In this document: positions 6,910-15,264 of the stretch, piece after piece
Layout of the letters: each line of letters begins with the position of its first letter
Numbering within the stretch: the stretch's first letter is position 1
Source: a virus
IMG/VR virus record: IMGVR_UViG_3300028569_000019
Coordinates: 1 to 64,000 of that record
Direction: 5' to 3' (one strand)
Length of the DNA: 64,000 nucleotides
Position numbers and translations under genes: made by a program
Notes under the pieces: model-generated
Databases searched by the model: none
Seen by the model: only the letters and a program-made list of their open reading frames with translations
Told to the model about the DNA's origin: nothing

Positions 6910-7545
6910 ATGATGAAATGTAAATGGTGTTTGATTAATTTTGATTTAAATGATAAACCTAAAGGATGGGCAGCTGCACACACAAGATGGTGTGATCACA
7001 ATCCAAAAAAACAAGAGTATATAGATAAACTAAAATCTGCAAATAGAACACATTTAATGTGTGAATCAAAAAAAATAAGCGGAAAGACAAATCAATTCAC
7101 AAAAGCAAAAGTAAACGGATTTACTTTAACTAGTAAATTAAAAGGTAGAAAAAATATTGCTCTAAAAGGAAAGAAACATTCAATTCAAAGTAAGCTGAAT
7201 ATGAGTAAAGGATCTTTAAAATCTACTCATAGAAGATTACGCAGAGGAATTATTCAATATAAAGGAATAACACTCGATTCTAGTTGGGAATTAGAATTAG
7301 CTAAAAGATTGGATGATTTAAACATTAAATGGAATAGACCTGATCCATTAAAATGGAAAGATTCCAATGGTTTAGAACACAATTATTTTCCTGATTTCTA
7401 TTTAATAGACTATAATCTATATTTAGATCCAAAAAATCCAGGAGCATATAAAGTTCAAAAATCAAAAATTGATATACTGCTTAATACTTACAATAATATT
7501 TTAATTTTAAAAACTTTAGAAGAATGCAAAGGATTTAAAATTTGA
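6910..7545 (+). CDS. Putative homing endonuclease, NUMOD3 + PD-(D/E)XK domain
   Basis: KGKKHSIQSKLNMS; DSSWE...YFPDFYL...YLDPK. Confidence 0.75.
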   Translation: MMKCKWCLINFDLNDKPKGWAAAHTRWCDHNPKKQEYIDKLKSANRTHLMCESKKISGKTNQFTKAKVNGFTLTSKLKGRKNIALKGKKHSIQSKLNMSKGSLKSTHRRLRRGIIQYKGITLDSSWELELAKRLDDLNIKWNRPDPLKWKDSNGLEHNYFPDFYLIDYNLYLDPKNPGAYKVQKSKIDILLNTYNNILILKTLEECKGFKI

Positions 7546-8317
7546 ATGCTTTTTTGAAGGCATTGCCTGTTTTTTTGGCACCATCATTAATTGCATTACC
7601 TGCATTATTTACAACATTAGTTGTTTCTTTGACGGCAGTATTTGTTACATTGGTAGTTTGTTGAACTACTGGTTGAGTTGCTTTTGCAACGGTATTAGCA
7701 TCTTTTACAACTTTATTTGTATCAATTGTAGCACTTACATCTACCTTTGCGCCAACTAATACTGCAACATCACCACTTACACCAACGGTTACTTTACCAT
7801 TGTCCATAGTGGCTTGAGCAGAACCACCGCCACCAACTTGTTCACCAACACTAACGCCTGAACCAGCGGTAACTGATGCGCCTCTTACTTTTGCAGTTCC
7901 AGAAGCGTCAACACCTACCGCATTACCAATAGAACCTTCCGCACCAACTGCAACACCTTTGTCACCGGCTTGAACATTTGCAGATGCGTTTGTACCACTG
8001 ACTGCGTAAGCGTCTGCTGTACCTGCAACGCCTACACCATTACTTTGAACTTTACCATCTACAACAACGTGAGCTTCTGTACCGCTACTATAACTTGCGT
8101 TTGCGTATACATTGTTACCATCTAGACCACCGGCAGCGGATGCTTCTGTACCAGTTTTTACTGAAGCTTCTACACCAACGGATGCGTTTTTATTTCCAAC
8201 ACTTGCGCCAGCGGATGCTTCTGCGGTATTTGTGTAAGAAACACTTGCTGAGTTTTTATCAACTGTTGCGGTTGCGGATTGGTTGATTTCTGCGGATGTA
8301 TTTGTTTGTGTTACCAT
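7535..8317 (-). CDS. Gly/Ala/Val-rich beta-strand protein, antisense to the tRNA array
   Basis: 260-aa ORF with alternating AxAGASVG-type strands; TATATAT motif upstream on the - strand. Confidence 0.7.
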   Translation of the reverse strand: MVTQTNTSAEINQSATATVDKNSASVSYTNTAEASAGASVGNKNASVGVEASVKTGTEASAAGGLDGNNVYANASYSSGTEAHVVVDGKVQSNGVGVAGTADAYAVSGTNASANVQAGDKGVAVGAEGSIGNAVGVDASGTAKVRGASVTAGSGVSVGEQVGGGGSAQATMDNGKVTVGVSGDVAVLVGAKVDVSATIDTNKVVKDANTVAKATQPVVQQTTNVTNTAVKETTNVVNNAGNAINDGAKKTGNAFKKAFKF

Positions 8318-8368
8318 ATTTGATATATATGGTAGAATAGATACAAGATTGAATTTAAAGTTTTCTTT

Positions 8369-8444
8369 GCCTTCATAGTATAAAAGTATTACACATCATT
8401 GGTAATGATGAAACGTAGGGGGGCGGTACCTACTGGAGGCTCCA
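8369..8444 (+). tRNA. tRNA-Thr(GGU)
   Basis: GCCTTCA/TGGAGGC acceptor, CATCA-TTGGTAA-TGATG, CCA; T-loop enlarged by a G run. Confidence 0.8.
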
Positions 8445-8497
8445 TTTTAAAAATATATTTAGAAGTGTGTGGATTATATATATAGTAAAATAAATTT

Positions 8498-9301
8498 ATG
8501 GAATCTACAAACGCTCCCCAAACATTTTCGTTTACTAATAAAAAGGTATTATATGCAATAATTGCTGTAATTGTATTGGTAATTTTTGGATTATACACAT
8601 TATTTAGTTCAATGAATAGAGATAATAAAGCTCTAACTAAGAAGGTTGTTAATCAGACTGAGATTGTTGTAAATCAAAGTTTATTAATTACCAATTTAAA
8701 TCAAAAGAATGTGGAATTGGCGACGTTATTGAAGAGTTATGACAATAAATTGAGTATATTGCATACTAATTTAACTCAGTTACAAAGTATTACCGAGAAG
8801 TTAAAAGTATCATCTGATGAAAAGGATGTGAAGATTAAAGATTTGTCTCAAGAAAAAACTGCGCTTGAATCTGATTTAAAGTCTTTGCGTAATACGCTTA
8901 CAAAAATGACCAAAGAGATTGTAGATTTAGGCGACGAACTTAAAGTTGCAAAGACTGATAAAGCTCAAAATGAGCTTCTATCTAAGATTGAATTACTTAC
9001 AAAGGAACGAGATTTGTTAAAAAACAAGATAGTAGAGTATGAAAAAATTATAGAAGAATTGAAGAAAGAAAATGTGATTTTGGCTCAAAATTTGAGACAA
9101 AGTGTGAAAAAAAGTGGTTATGAATTTAAAAACAAATTGGGTGAGTGGCCAAAAGGTGGCGAGGTTTTAATGAGGATGTCAAGTTATCACACAAATAATT
9201 CTTTAAAAGAAAATAGTAATGTAAGTGAACCAAAACAAGATGAAAAACCTAAAAAAGTAGGTTTTTGGAAGCGTATTTTTGGTTCGGGTGAAACTGAATG
9301 A
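8498..9301 (+). CDS. Membrane-anchored coiled-coil protein
   Basis: N-terminal TM helix VLYAIIAVIVLVIFGLYTLF, long heptad region, C-terminal KKVGFWKRIFG amphipathic motif. Confidence 0.75.
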   Translation: MESTNAPQTFSFTNKKVLYAIIAVIVLVIFGLYTLFSSMNRDNKALTKKVVNQTEIVVNQSLLITNLNQKNVELATLLKSYDNKLSILHTNLTQLQSITEKLKVSSDEKDVKIKDLSQEKTALESDLKSLRNTLTKMTKEIVDLGDELKVAKTDKAQNELLSKIELLTKERDLLKNKIVEYEKIIEELKKENVILAQNLRQSVKKSGYEFKNKLGEWPKGGEVLMRMSSYHTNNSLKENSNVSEPKQDEKPKKVGFWKRIFGSGETE

Positions 9302-9307
9302 TTTAAT

Positions 9308-9381
9308 GCCTATATAGCTTAAAGGTAAAGCATCAATTTCGTAAACAACGATCACAGGTTCGATTCCAGTAACAGGCTCCA
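9308..9381 (+). pseudogene. Degenerate or chimeric tRNA-Thr(CGU)
   Basis: D arm, TTCGTAA loop, TTCGATT T-loop and TCCA end are present, but the anticodon stem (TCAAT/ACAAC) and part of the acceptor do not pair. Confidence 0.65.
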
Positions 9382-9389
9382 ATTTTAAT

Positions 9390-9480
9390 GCACGACGACG
9401 GAGCTAGTGAACTGAGATGTCTGCAAAACATCATTGTATGAAAATACATATGCAAGGAGCGTAACCTTGGTCGTGCTCCA
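9390..9480 (+). tRNA. tRNA-Cys(GCA) with long variable arm
   Basis: GCACGAC/GTCGTGC acceptor, GATGT-CTGCAAA-ACATC, U73, CCA; variable hairpin TGTAT-GAAA-ATACA. Confidence 0.82.
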
Positions 9481-9534
9481 AAATTTGTTAAATTAATTCA
9501 CATATTATACAATACTCCATATATTTATGTATAT

Positions 9535-10308
9535 ATGAATTCTATTGAATTAATTTGTAAAAATTGTAATATTAAATTTGATAAAAATATCTATTATTAT
9601 AGACAATCTCTTAAGAGAGGATATACCAACTTTTTTTGTTCAATTAAATGTTCTTCTATCTTTGCTGGCGGAATTCTTAAAGAAAAAGGTAAACAATTAA
9701 AAATTAATTGTGAAAGTTCATATTTAAAAAATCCAAAAAATTGCCCTCAGTGTCATAAATTAATTTCTTATAAAAAAAGATACAATGAGTATTGTTCAAA
9801 AAAATGTTCTGCGATTTATACACAAAAAGATAAAGGACATTGTGAATGGAGCATTGAAGATAGAGAGAAAATTTCTTTACGAGTTAAAGATTATCATAAT
9901 AAAAATCCAAAGACTAAAAAGTTAAAAATAAAAATATGTAAAAATTGTAATAATGAAATAAAAGACAAACACAAAAGAATATGCAATAGTTGTTCAGAAA
10001 AATATTATAAATTTTACAGACCATTATGTGAGTTTGATTTTATTTTAGAAAATTACCCTGATAAATTTGATTTATCTTTAATTAAAAAATACGGAAAATA
10101 TAGTCCTAAAAATAAAGGTAATAATTTAACAGGAATAAGTAGAGATCATCTTTATTCTGTAAAAGACGGATTTAAAAATAAAGTAAGTCCTGATATCATT
10201 AGACATCCAGCAAATTGTATGTTAGTAAAACATAAAGAAAATCAAAAAAAATATAACAAAAGTTCTATTTCATTAGAAGAATTAAAAAAAAGAATATTAG
10301 AATGGTAA
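9535..10308 (+). CDS. Zinc-finger HNH-type homing endonuclease
   Basis: Repeated CxxC / FCSxxC motifs; C-terminal SRDHLYSV...HPANC...HKEN. Confidence 0.75.
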   Translation: MNSIELICKNCNIKFDKNIYYYRQSLKRGYTNFFCSIKCSSIFAGGILKEKGKQLKINCESSYLKNPKNCPQCHKLISYKKRYNEYCSKKCSAIYTQKDKGHCEWSIEDREKISLRVKDYHNKNPKTKKLKIKICKNCNNEIKDKHKRICNSCSEKYYKFYRPLCEFDFILENYPDKFDLSLIKKYGKYSPKNKGNNLTGISRDHLYSVKDGFKNKVSPDIIRHPANCMLVKHKENQKKYNKSSISLEELKKRILEW

Positions 10309-10347
10309 TCCAACACGGGACTCCATTTTTTATATATTTATTACTAT

Positions 10348-10818
10348 ATGATATTATTAAAAGATTTATTGATAGAATCACCGTCAGTAATAACAGTATA
10401 TAGAGGTGTTAATCCTGCGTATGGTGATGTTGGTTTGGGTATCAACAGCACCAAGATAGGAGATAAATTAGTTGCAACGTTGGGGCCTAATCATACTGAT
10501 AATTTAGATGTTGCTAAACGATTTGGCAAACAGATAATAACTACTAAATTAAATGGGCCTGGATTGGAATTGTCTCATTATAATGACATAGTTAATTTAT
10601 ATAAGCAGTATGAAAATATGTTACCGCCTGGTCTTGCAAAACAAATCAAATATAGTAGTGGACAAGAACAATTGGAGTTAATACAATTAGCAGGTAAAGA
10701 GTTACGTAGTATATTGAGTAAGAAATATGGATATATTAAGAGTCCACTTGCGGTAAGTGATGCTAATTATTTAAGTCAAAAAGGATTAACAGGAGATTTG
10801 TATATACCGTTGAGATAA
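10348..10818 (+). CDS. Putative ART-fold protein, paralog of 1531..1998
   Basis: VYRGVNPAYGDVGLGINSTKIGDKLVATLGPNHTDN identical to the paralog. Confidence 0.5.
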   Translation: MILLKDLLIESPSVITVYRGVNPAYGDVGLGINSTKIGDKLVATLGPNHTDNLDVAKRFGKQIITTKLNGPGLELSHYNDIVNLYKQYENMLPPGLAKQIKYSSGQEQLELIQLAGKELRSILSKKYGYIKSPLAVSDANYLSQKGLTGDLYIPLR

Positions 10819-10837
10819 TCAAACTACTTATTTTGGT

Positions 10838-11011
10838 ATGAATGAATTTAATCTATATCAAAAGTTTTTGGAGTTGAAGAAGGAAATAGAAAAACATAAA
10901 TGGATAGAGAGTGAAAAGAACGGTAATGATATAGGATTTGAACGTGCATTAGTTGATTGGATATCTAAACATAGAACTGGTTGGTGCGAGAATATAAAGC
11001 ATAATAAATAA
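10838..11011 (+). CDS. Small protein (57 aa, MNEFNLYQKF...HKWIESEKNGNDIGFERALVDW...), not in ORF track
   Basis: Open frame ATG 10838 to TAA 11011; HKWIESEK.G.DIGFERA..DW motif recalled from small conserved PVC-superphylum proteins (DUF4032-like). Confidence 0.7.
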   Translation: MNEFNLYQKFLELKKEIEKHKWIESEKNGNDIGFERALVDWISKHRTGWCENIKHNK

Positions 11012-11031
11012 AATTAATATATTTATAACAT

Positions 11032-11448
11032 ATGACCAAAAATGATTTGAAAAAATTAATAAAAAGTTTGACAAAAGAAGTGTTAAACGAAGATTTTGAC
11101 AATGCAGCCGAAGTGGAAAGTGATAAACTTACTGCTCATTTATCCGAAGATGATACTGCTGCTAACATTAAAGATTTAGAAAAATTGTTAAAAAACCCAG
11201 ATCCAAGTAGAGCAAAAGATTATGGTTCTTTGGAAAATTATAAGAAAATGTTAATGGGTAAAATTGCTAAATTAAAGAAACAAAAGAATGAAAGCAGTGA
11301 TCCTTTTAGAGACATTGTAAAGAAGTATGCTAGTCTTTATAGAGATAGTGAACTTTCACGCAGAGAGAAGGAAGATTATTTTAAATGGTTACAAACCAAC
11401 CAACCTGAGAAATTTAAAAAGGTTGTAGATAAGCTTAAAAAGAAGTAA
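11032..11448 (+). CDS. Hypothetical protein, paralog of 112..381 with C-terminal extension
   Basis: Shared ~60-aa core; TATTTATA at 11020. Confidence 0.75.
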   Translation: MTKNDLKKLIKSLTKEVLNEDFDNAAEVESDKLTAHLSEDDTAANIKDLEKLLKNPDPSRAKDYGSLENYKKMLMGKIAKLKKQKNESSDPFRDIVKKYASLYRDSELSRREKEDYFKWLQTNQPEKFKKVVDKLKKK

Positions 11449-11511
11449 AAATAGATTTAAATTTAAACAAAGTGAAACGATTAATGTTAAAATTAATCGT
11501 TTTATTTTTTA

Positions 11512-11539
11512 TTGACAATGAGACGTTGACAAGTATAAT
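11512..11539 (+). promoter_or_regulatory. Sigma70 consensus promoter
   Basis: TTGACA-16 nt-TATAAT. Confidence 0.65.
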
Positions 11540-11550
11540 AAAAGTATAGT

Positions 11551-11871
11551 ATGAATGAACTAAGTAAAATTGATATGGCGAATTTAGTCTTTAGTAATGA
11601 CAAAAAGGCTAAAATCAAAGATGTATTGTGTTCCAAGTATGGCGCAACTGACGTACAATATAGAGATCTAACGTATGGTATTTGTATTGATGTTGTTGGC
11701 ACTGATAGTTTTAGATTTGTAAAGAACGCAATACTAAAAACATTGGATGTGCATGAAGAAACTTTGTCCGTCTTGGGTGAAAGTAAGAGAAGTATGAAAG
11801 CTTCTTATGTTTATTTACCCGAAAAGGATAAAGTTTTGAACAAACGTCTCAAGAAGCTGAAAACTGCTTGA
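11551..11871 (+). CDS. Hypothetical protein
   Basis: 106-aa ORF directly after a consensus promoter. Confidence 0.65.
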   Translation: MNELSKIDMANLVFSNDKKAKIKDVLCSKYGATDVQYRDLTYGICIDVVGTDSFRFVKNAILKTLDVHEETLSVLGESKRSMKASYVYLPEKDKVLNKRLKKLKTA

Positions 11872-12020
11872 ATAAATAAATAAGTTCTTATAAGATTATA
11901 AAAACTATATATTGATGAACAATTTCGAAAAAATACATTTTATTGGTTTTTTCGGATAACGTTAAGCTGTTCTTAACGTAGTTAGTAAACATAAACAAAC
12001 AAAATAAAGGATAGTTAAAT

Positions 12021-12731
12021 ATGAAGAAAGTATTAGTATTAGTGTCATTGTTGACCGCTCTAGCTGTATCTGCTGGAGATAATTCAAACCTCTCAGTAGA
12101 AGCTGGGTACAACAACCAATACATCGTTAATGGTGTAGCTCGTTCCGAGGGAACAGCGTTTGTTGGTGTAGGTGCTGTAAAGAGTCTAAAGTATGCAGAT
12201 GTATACTTGGGTGGCACTCTTTTGGCCAATGGCGACCTTGATCAGTCACACTGGACATTGGGTACGGGTAAGGAAGTTAGTGTATGGAAGGATGTATTTT
12301 CCGCACGTGCTGATGCTACTGTAACTCGTCACCAAGCTGGTAATTTTGGTATTCCAAACAGTACTGAGTTTGGTGTCAAGTTGGCTCTACCAAACAAGTT
12401 GGCAACTCCTTATGTACGTGGATCATTTGACATTGATCTAGATCAAAAGGGTGCATTTGTTGGTTTGGAACGTGCTCAAAAGTTGCCATTTGGATTTGTA
12501 ATCACACCTGCTGTTGAATATGGTAAGGTATTTGGTGCATCCAGTGATTACACTGCTGTAAATGCCAAGGCATCATTGACTCGTCCATTCGAAACTTCAT
12601 TTGGTGTATTGACTCCATTTGCTACTGTTGGATGGTATGATAATAATTTCAAGGTTGGCAATTATAATTGGGCAACCCGTGAATTTAGTGGAGATGTAGT
12701 ATATTCTGGTGGTTTGAGATTGACCTTCTAA
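12021..12731 (+). CDS. Outer-membrane beta-barrel protein (porin-like)
   Basis: Signal peptide MKKVLVLVSLLTALAVSA, amphipathic strands, terminal GLRLTF Bam signal, AAGGA SD. Confidence 0.8.
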   Translation: MKKVLVLVSLLTALAVSAGDNSNLSVEAGYNNQYIVNGVARSEGTAFVGVGAVKSLKYADVYLGGTLLANGDLDQSHWTLGTGKEVSVWKDVFSARADATVTRHQAGNFGIPNSTEFGVKLALPNKLATPYVRGSFDIDLDQKGAFVGLERAQKLPFGFVITPAVEYGKVFGASSDYTAVNAKASLTRPFETSFGVLTPFATVGWYDNNFKVGNYNWATREFSGDVVYSGGLRLTF

Positions 12732-12752
12732 TCTAGACTACAATAGTGTATT

Positions 12753-12787
12753 AAAACCCGCTTAGAAATAAGCGGGTTTTTTATTTT
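12753..12787 (+). terminator. Intrinsic terminator
   Basis: AAAACCCGC/GCGGGTTTT hairpin plus U-tract. Confidence 0.85.
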
Positions 12788-12822
12788 AATAGTCTATTTA
12801 TAATTAAAGAAAGGTTTATTTT

Positions 12823-13794
12823 ATGTCATCAACAAGTGGATCAAGTGGTAGTAGCGGAATAGGCACTTCCTCATTAAAAACAATAGTTGTTAAATCAACG
12901 TCTGTGGTAACTAAATTTATATCTAATATATTGTTACCAAAAGTGGTACAAAGTACGATAGTGGGTAGTAGTGGTATAGGTGGCAGTAGCGGGACGGGTG
13001 GTAGTAGTGGATCTTCTGATGGTATGCGTACTAACTGGACATCGAATATCAAATCCACAGTGATAAAAATGATGGCAGCTAGCAAAGACCGCAGTTTATT
13101 CAGTGCGTTTATCCAATCTACTTTTTCTTGGGTTCGAAATTCTGCTTCTTGGGTAATATCTTATAAATGGACAGGTACTGCAGCTGGTATAAATGGACTC
13201 GGTGGTGTTGGAGGTGGAACTCTTATTACTAGCAAGCATGTCTTATTGTCTGCACACGTTCCTTATTTGACAAATTCAGAAATCTTTTTTGTTAACGATA
13301 ATAATGTGACTTTCAAGTACAACATTATCAAGATCGACAAGATTGATGGAAGTGATATTGCAATTGGAACGCTTGATCGATCAATTGATAGTAGTTTGAA
13401 GATATATTCGGTATTACCAGACAACTGGCAACAATACATCAAAACTGAAATTAATAGTGTGATGGGGGTACAATTCATAACTTTACGGTTACCTGTTTTG
13501 TTCCTCAATCAAGACAAAAAAGTTTCAATTGGAGATATGACCCGATTAATTGATGCAGTTGCTGATGTAGAAGCTTCAGTATTTGGCACATCACAGTCGT
13601 ATTATGAGACACAAAGAGGTGGTGATTCTGGAAATCCAATATTTGTGCAGGTAGGTAGTGAATTGGCACTATTGGGTACGTGGTATAAAGTTGGAGCTTT
13701 TGCTTGGCTAATCAGTAGGAAAACTCAAGTCGAGTCTATTATTGGTCAAAAACTGAACGTAATTAATATGACTGGATTTGAGAAGGTATCCTGA
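12823..13794 (+). CDS. Trypsin-like serine protease with Ser/Gly-rich N-terminus
   Basis: GTLITSKHVLLSAH (His), SDIAIG (Asp), GGDSGNP (Ser). Confidence 0.85.
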   Translation: MSSTSGSSGSSGIGTSSLKTIVVKSTSVVTKFISNILLPKVVQSTIVGSSGIGGSSGTGGSSGSSDGMRTNWTSNIKSTVIKMMAASKDRSLFSAFIQSTFSWVRNSASWVISYKWTGTAAGINGLGGVGGGTLITSKHVLLSAHVPYLTNSEIFFVNDNNVTFKYNIIKIDKIDGSDIAIGTLDRSIDSSLKIYSVLPDNWQQYIKTEINSVMGVQFITLRLPVLFLNQDKKVSIGDMTRLIDAVADVEASVFGTSQSYYETQRGGDSGNPIFVQVGSELALLGTWYKVGAFAWLISRKTQVESIIGQKLNVINMTGFEKVS

Positions 13795-13872
13795 ACGTTA
13801 ACGAAATTTATTTAAAACTTATTAAATAATTTTATTGATTTTCAATTTCAAACACTATATATTAGTACGAAT

Positions 13873-13926
13873 ATGAATTTAATTTCACAACCTAGTCAAG
13901 CCAGTCAACTCCCATCAGGAAGTTGA
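13873..13926 (+). CDS. Putative attenuator leader peptide 2 (MNLISQPSQASQLPSGS*), not in ORF track
   Basis: ATG 13873 follows a TATATATT motif; TGA at 13924-13926 lies just before the antiterminator strand; codons match tRNA array 2. Confidence 0.7.
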   Translation: MNLISQPSQASQLPSGS

Positions 13927-13928
13927 GT

Positions 13929-13993
13929 ACGAGGTTGTTTGCTAAAAAGATCCAACCCGTCACTCTTAAAAAGAATGATGGGTTTTTGATTTT
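13929..13993 (+). terminator. Attenuator 2: overlapping antiterminator and intrinsic terminator
   Basis: ACG(A)GGTTG (13929-13937) pairs with CAACCCGT (13953-13960); alternatively AACCCGTCA (13954-13962) pairs with TGATGGGTT (13976-13984), followed by a U-tract. Confidence 0.72.
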
Positions 13994-13998
13994 AATGG

Positions 13999-14026
13999 TT
14001 GACAATTTGACGAAGTATGGTAAATT
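13999..14026 (+). promoter_or_regulatory. Sigma70-type promoter of tRNA array 2
   Basis: TTGACA-16 nt-TAAATT with extended -10 TG. Confidence 0.6.
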
Positions 14027-14041
14027 AGAAATATAACGAAC

Positions 14042-14137
14042 GGGGTTGAAACTCTATCTGATGTCCCCAACATAAGTTAAAACATTTGATCGGTCACTGG
14101 GTGTTATGCTGAAATACAGAACCCATCTGGCGATAAT
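14042..14137 (+). ncRNA. Conserved structured leader RNA, copy 2
   Basis: Homologous to 4174-4293; same position between the promoter and the first tRNA. Confidence 0.65.
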
Positions 14138-14166
14138 TAAAATAAAGTATATAACAATTTTTAAAT

Positions 14167-14240
14167 GGGGGTTTAGTTTAAAAGCAAAACAGTAGTTTTA
14201 CACACTTCAAACGGTGGAGCATTACCATCAACCCCTACCA
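14167..14240 (+). tRNA. tRNA-Val(UAC)
   Basis: GGGGGTT/AACCCCT acceptor, loop TT-TAC-AC, CCA. Confidence 0.85.
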
Positions 14241-14308
14241 TTTTTAAAATAAATTAATATTTTAATTGAACTCTTACCTATTTATTACCATAGACATAAT
14301 AATGTAAT

Positions 14309-15004
14309 ATGAAAAGTAAAATTTGGAATATTTCAACGGAGGAATTTAAAAAAATTATAAAAAACAATTGTTGTATGGCAGATGTTTGTAGAACTTTGAA
14401 TATGAGAAAAGAGGGTGGTAATTATAGAACTATTAAACGTAGAATTGAATTTGAAAAAATTGATACTTCACATTTTCTTTCCAAAAAAGAAATTTTTTCA
14501 ATTAAAAATGTAAATACAGTTTCAAAAGATGAACTTTTACTTAGATTAAAAGAAAATACTGACATAGAAACTGTGTGGCTTAAAAATAAATTAATAAAAT
14601 TCAATTTATTTGACAATAAATGTGCAGAATGTTCTATAAAAGATTTTTGGAATAATAAACCACTTAAATTACAATTAGATCACATTGATGGTGATCATTT
14701 TAATAATACATTATCTAATCTTAGATTATTATGTCCAAATTGTCATTCACAGACTCATACATTTTGTGGGAAATCTAAAAAAACTAAAAAATATAAATGT
14801 TCAGAATGTAACACTGAAACAAGTGGTTATACAAATATTTGTAGAACGTGTTCAATGAAAAAACTAAGAAAAGTTGAAAGACCAACAAAAGATGTTTTAC
14901 AACAAGAAATTAAAAATAATACATTTATATCACTTAGTAAAAAATACGGTGTATCAGATAATGCAATTAGAAAATGGTGTAAATATTATTCAATAGATTT
15001 TTAA
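14309..15004 (+). CDS. HNH homing endonuclease with C-terminal HTH
   Basis: LQLDHIDGDHFNNTLSNLRLLCPNCHSQT; KKYGVSDNAIRKW. Confidence 0.92.
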   Translation: MKSKIWNISTEEFKKIIKNNCCMADVCRTLNMRKEGGNYRTIKRRIEFEKIDTSHFLSKKEIFSIKNVNTVSKDELLLRLKENTDIETVWLKNKLIKFNLFDNKCAECSIKDFWNNKPLKLQLDHIDGDHFNNTLSNLRLLCPNCHSQTHTFCGKSKKTKKYKCSECNTETSGYTNICRTCSMKKLRKVERPTKDVLQQEIKNNTFISLSKKYGVSDNAIRKWCKYYSIDF

Positions 15005-15005
15005 T

Positions 15006-15083
15006 CCATCCGTCGCCTAACTTGGTATGGCACTTCATTTGGGGTGAAGAATAATAGGCGTTCAAATCGCCTCGGGTGGACCA
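15006..15083 (+). tRNA. tRNA-Pro(UGG)
   Basis: CTTCA-TTTGGGG-TGAAG, canonical T arm, CCA. Confidence 0.92.
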
Positions 15084-15090
15084 TTTTAAC

Positions 15091-15168
15091 GGCTATGTAG
15101 ACCAACTGGAAGGAGTCGTCTGTCTTAGAAACAGAATAGTATTGGTTCAAATCCAATCATAGCTACCA
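15091..15168 (+). tRNA. tRNA-Leu(UAG) copy 1, short variable loop
   Basis: TCTGT-CTTAGAA-ACAGA, A73, CCA. Confidence 0.85.
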
Positions 15169-15177
15169 TTTTGTAAT

Positions 15178-15255
15178 GGCTACGTAGCCCAACTGGAAGG
15201 AGTCGTCTGTCTTAGAAACAGAATAGTATTGGTTCAAATCCAATCATAGCTACCA
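15178..15255 (+). tRNA. tRNA-Leu(UAG) copy 2 (chimera of copies 3 and 1)
   Basis: 5' end matches copy 3 and the rest matches copy 1, giving C-A and C-T mismatches. Confidence 0.7.
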
Positions 15256-15264
15256 TTTTGTAAT

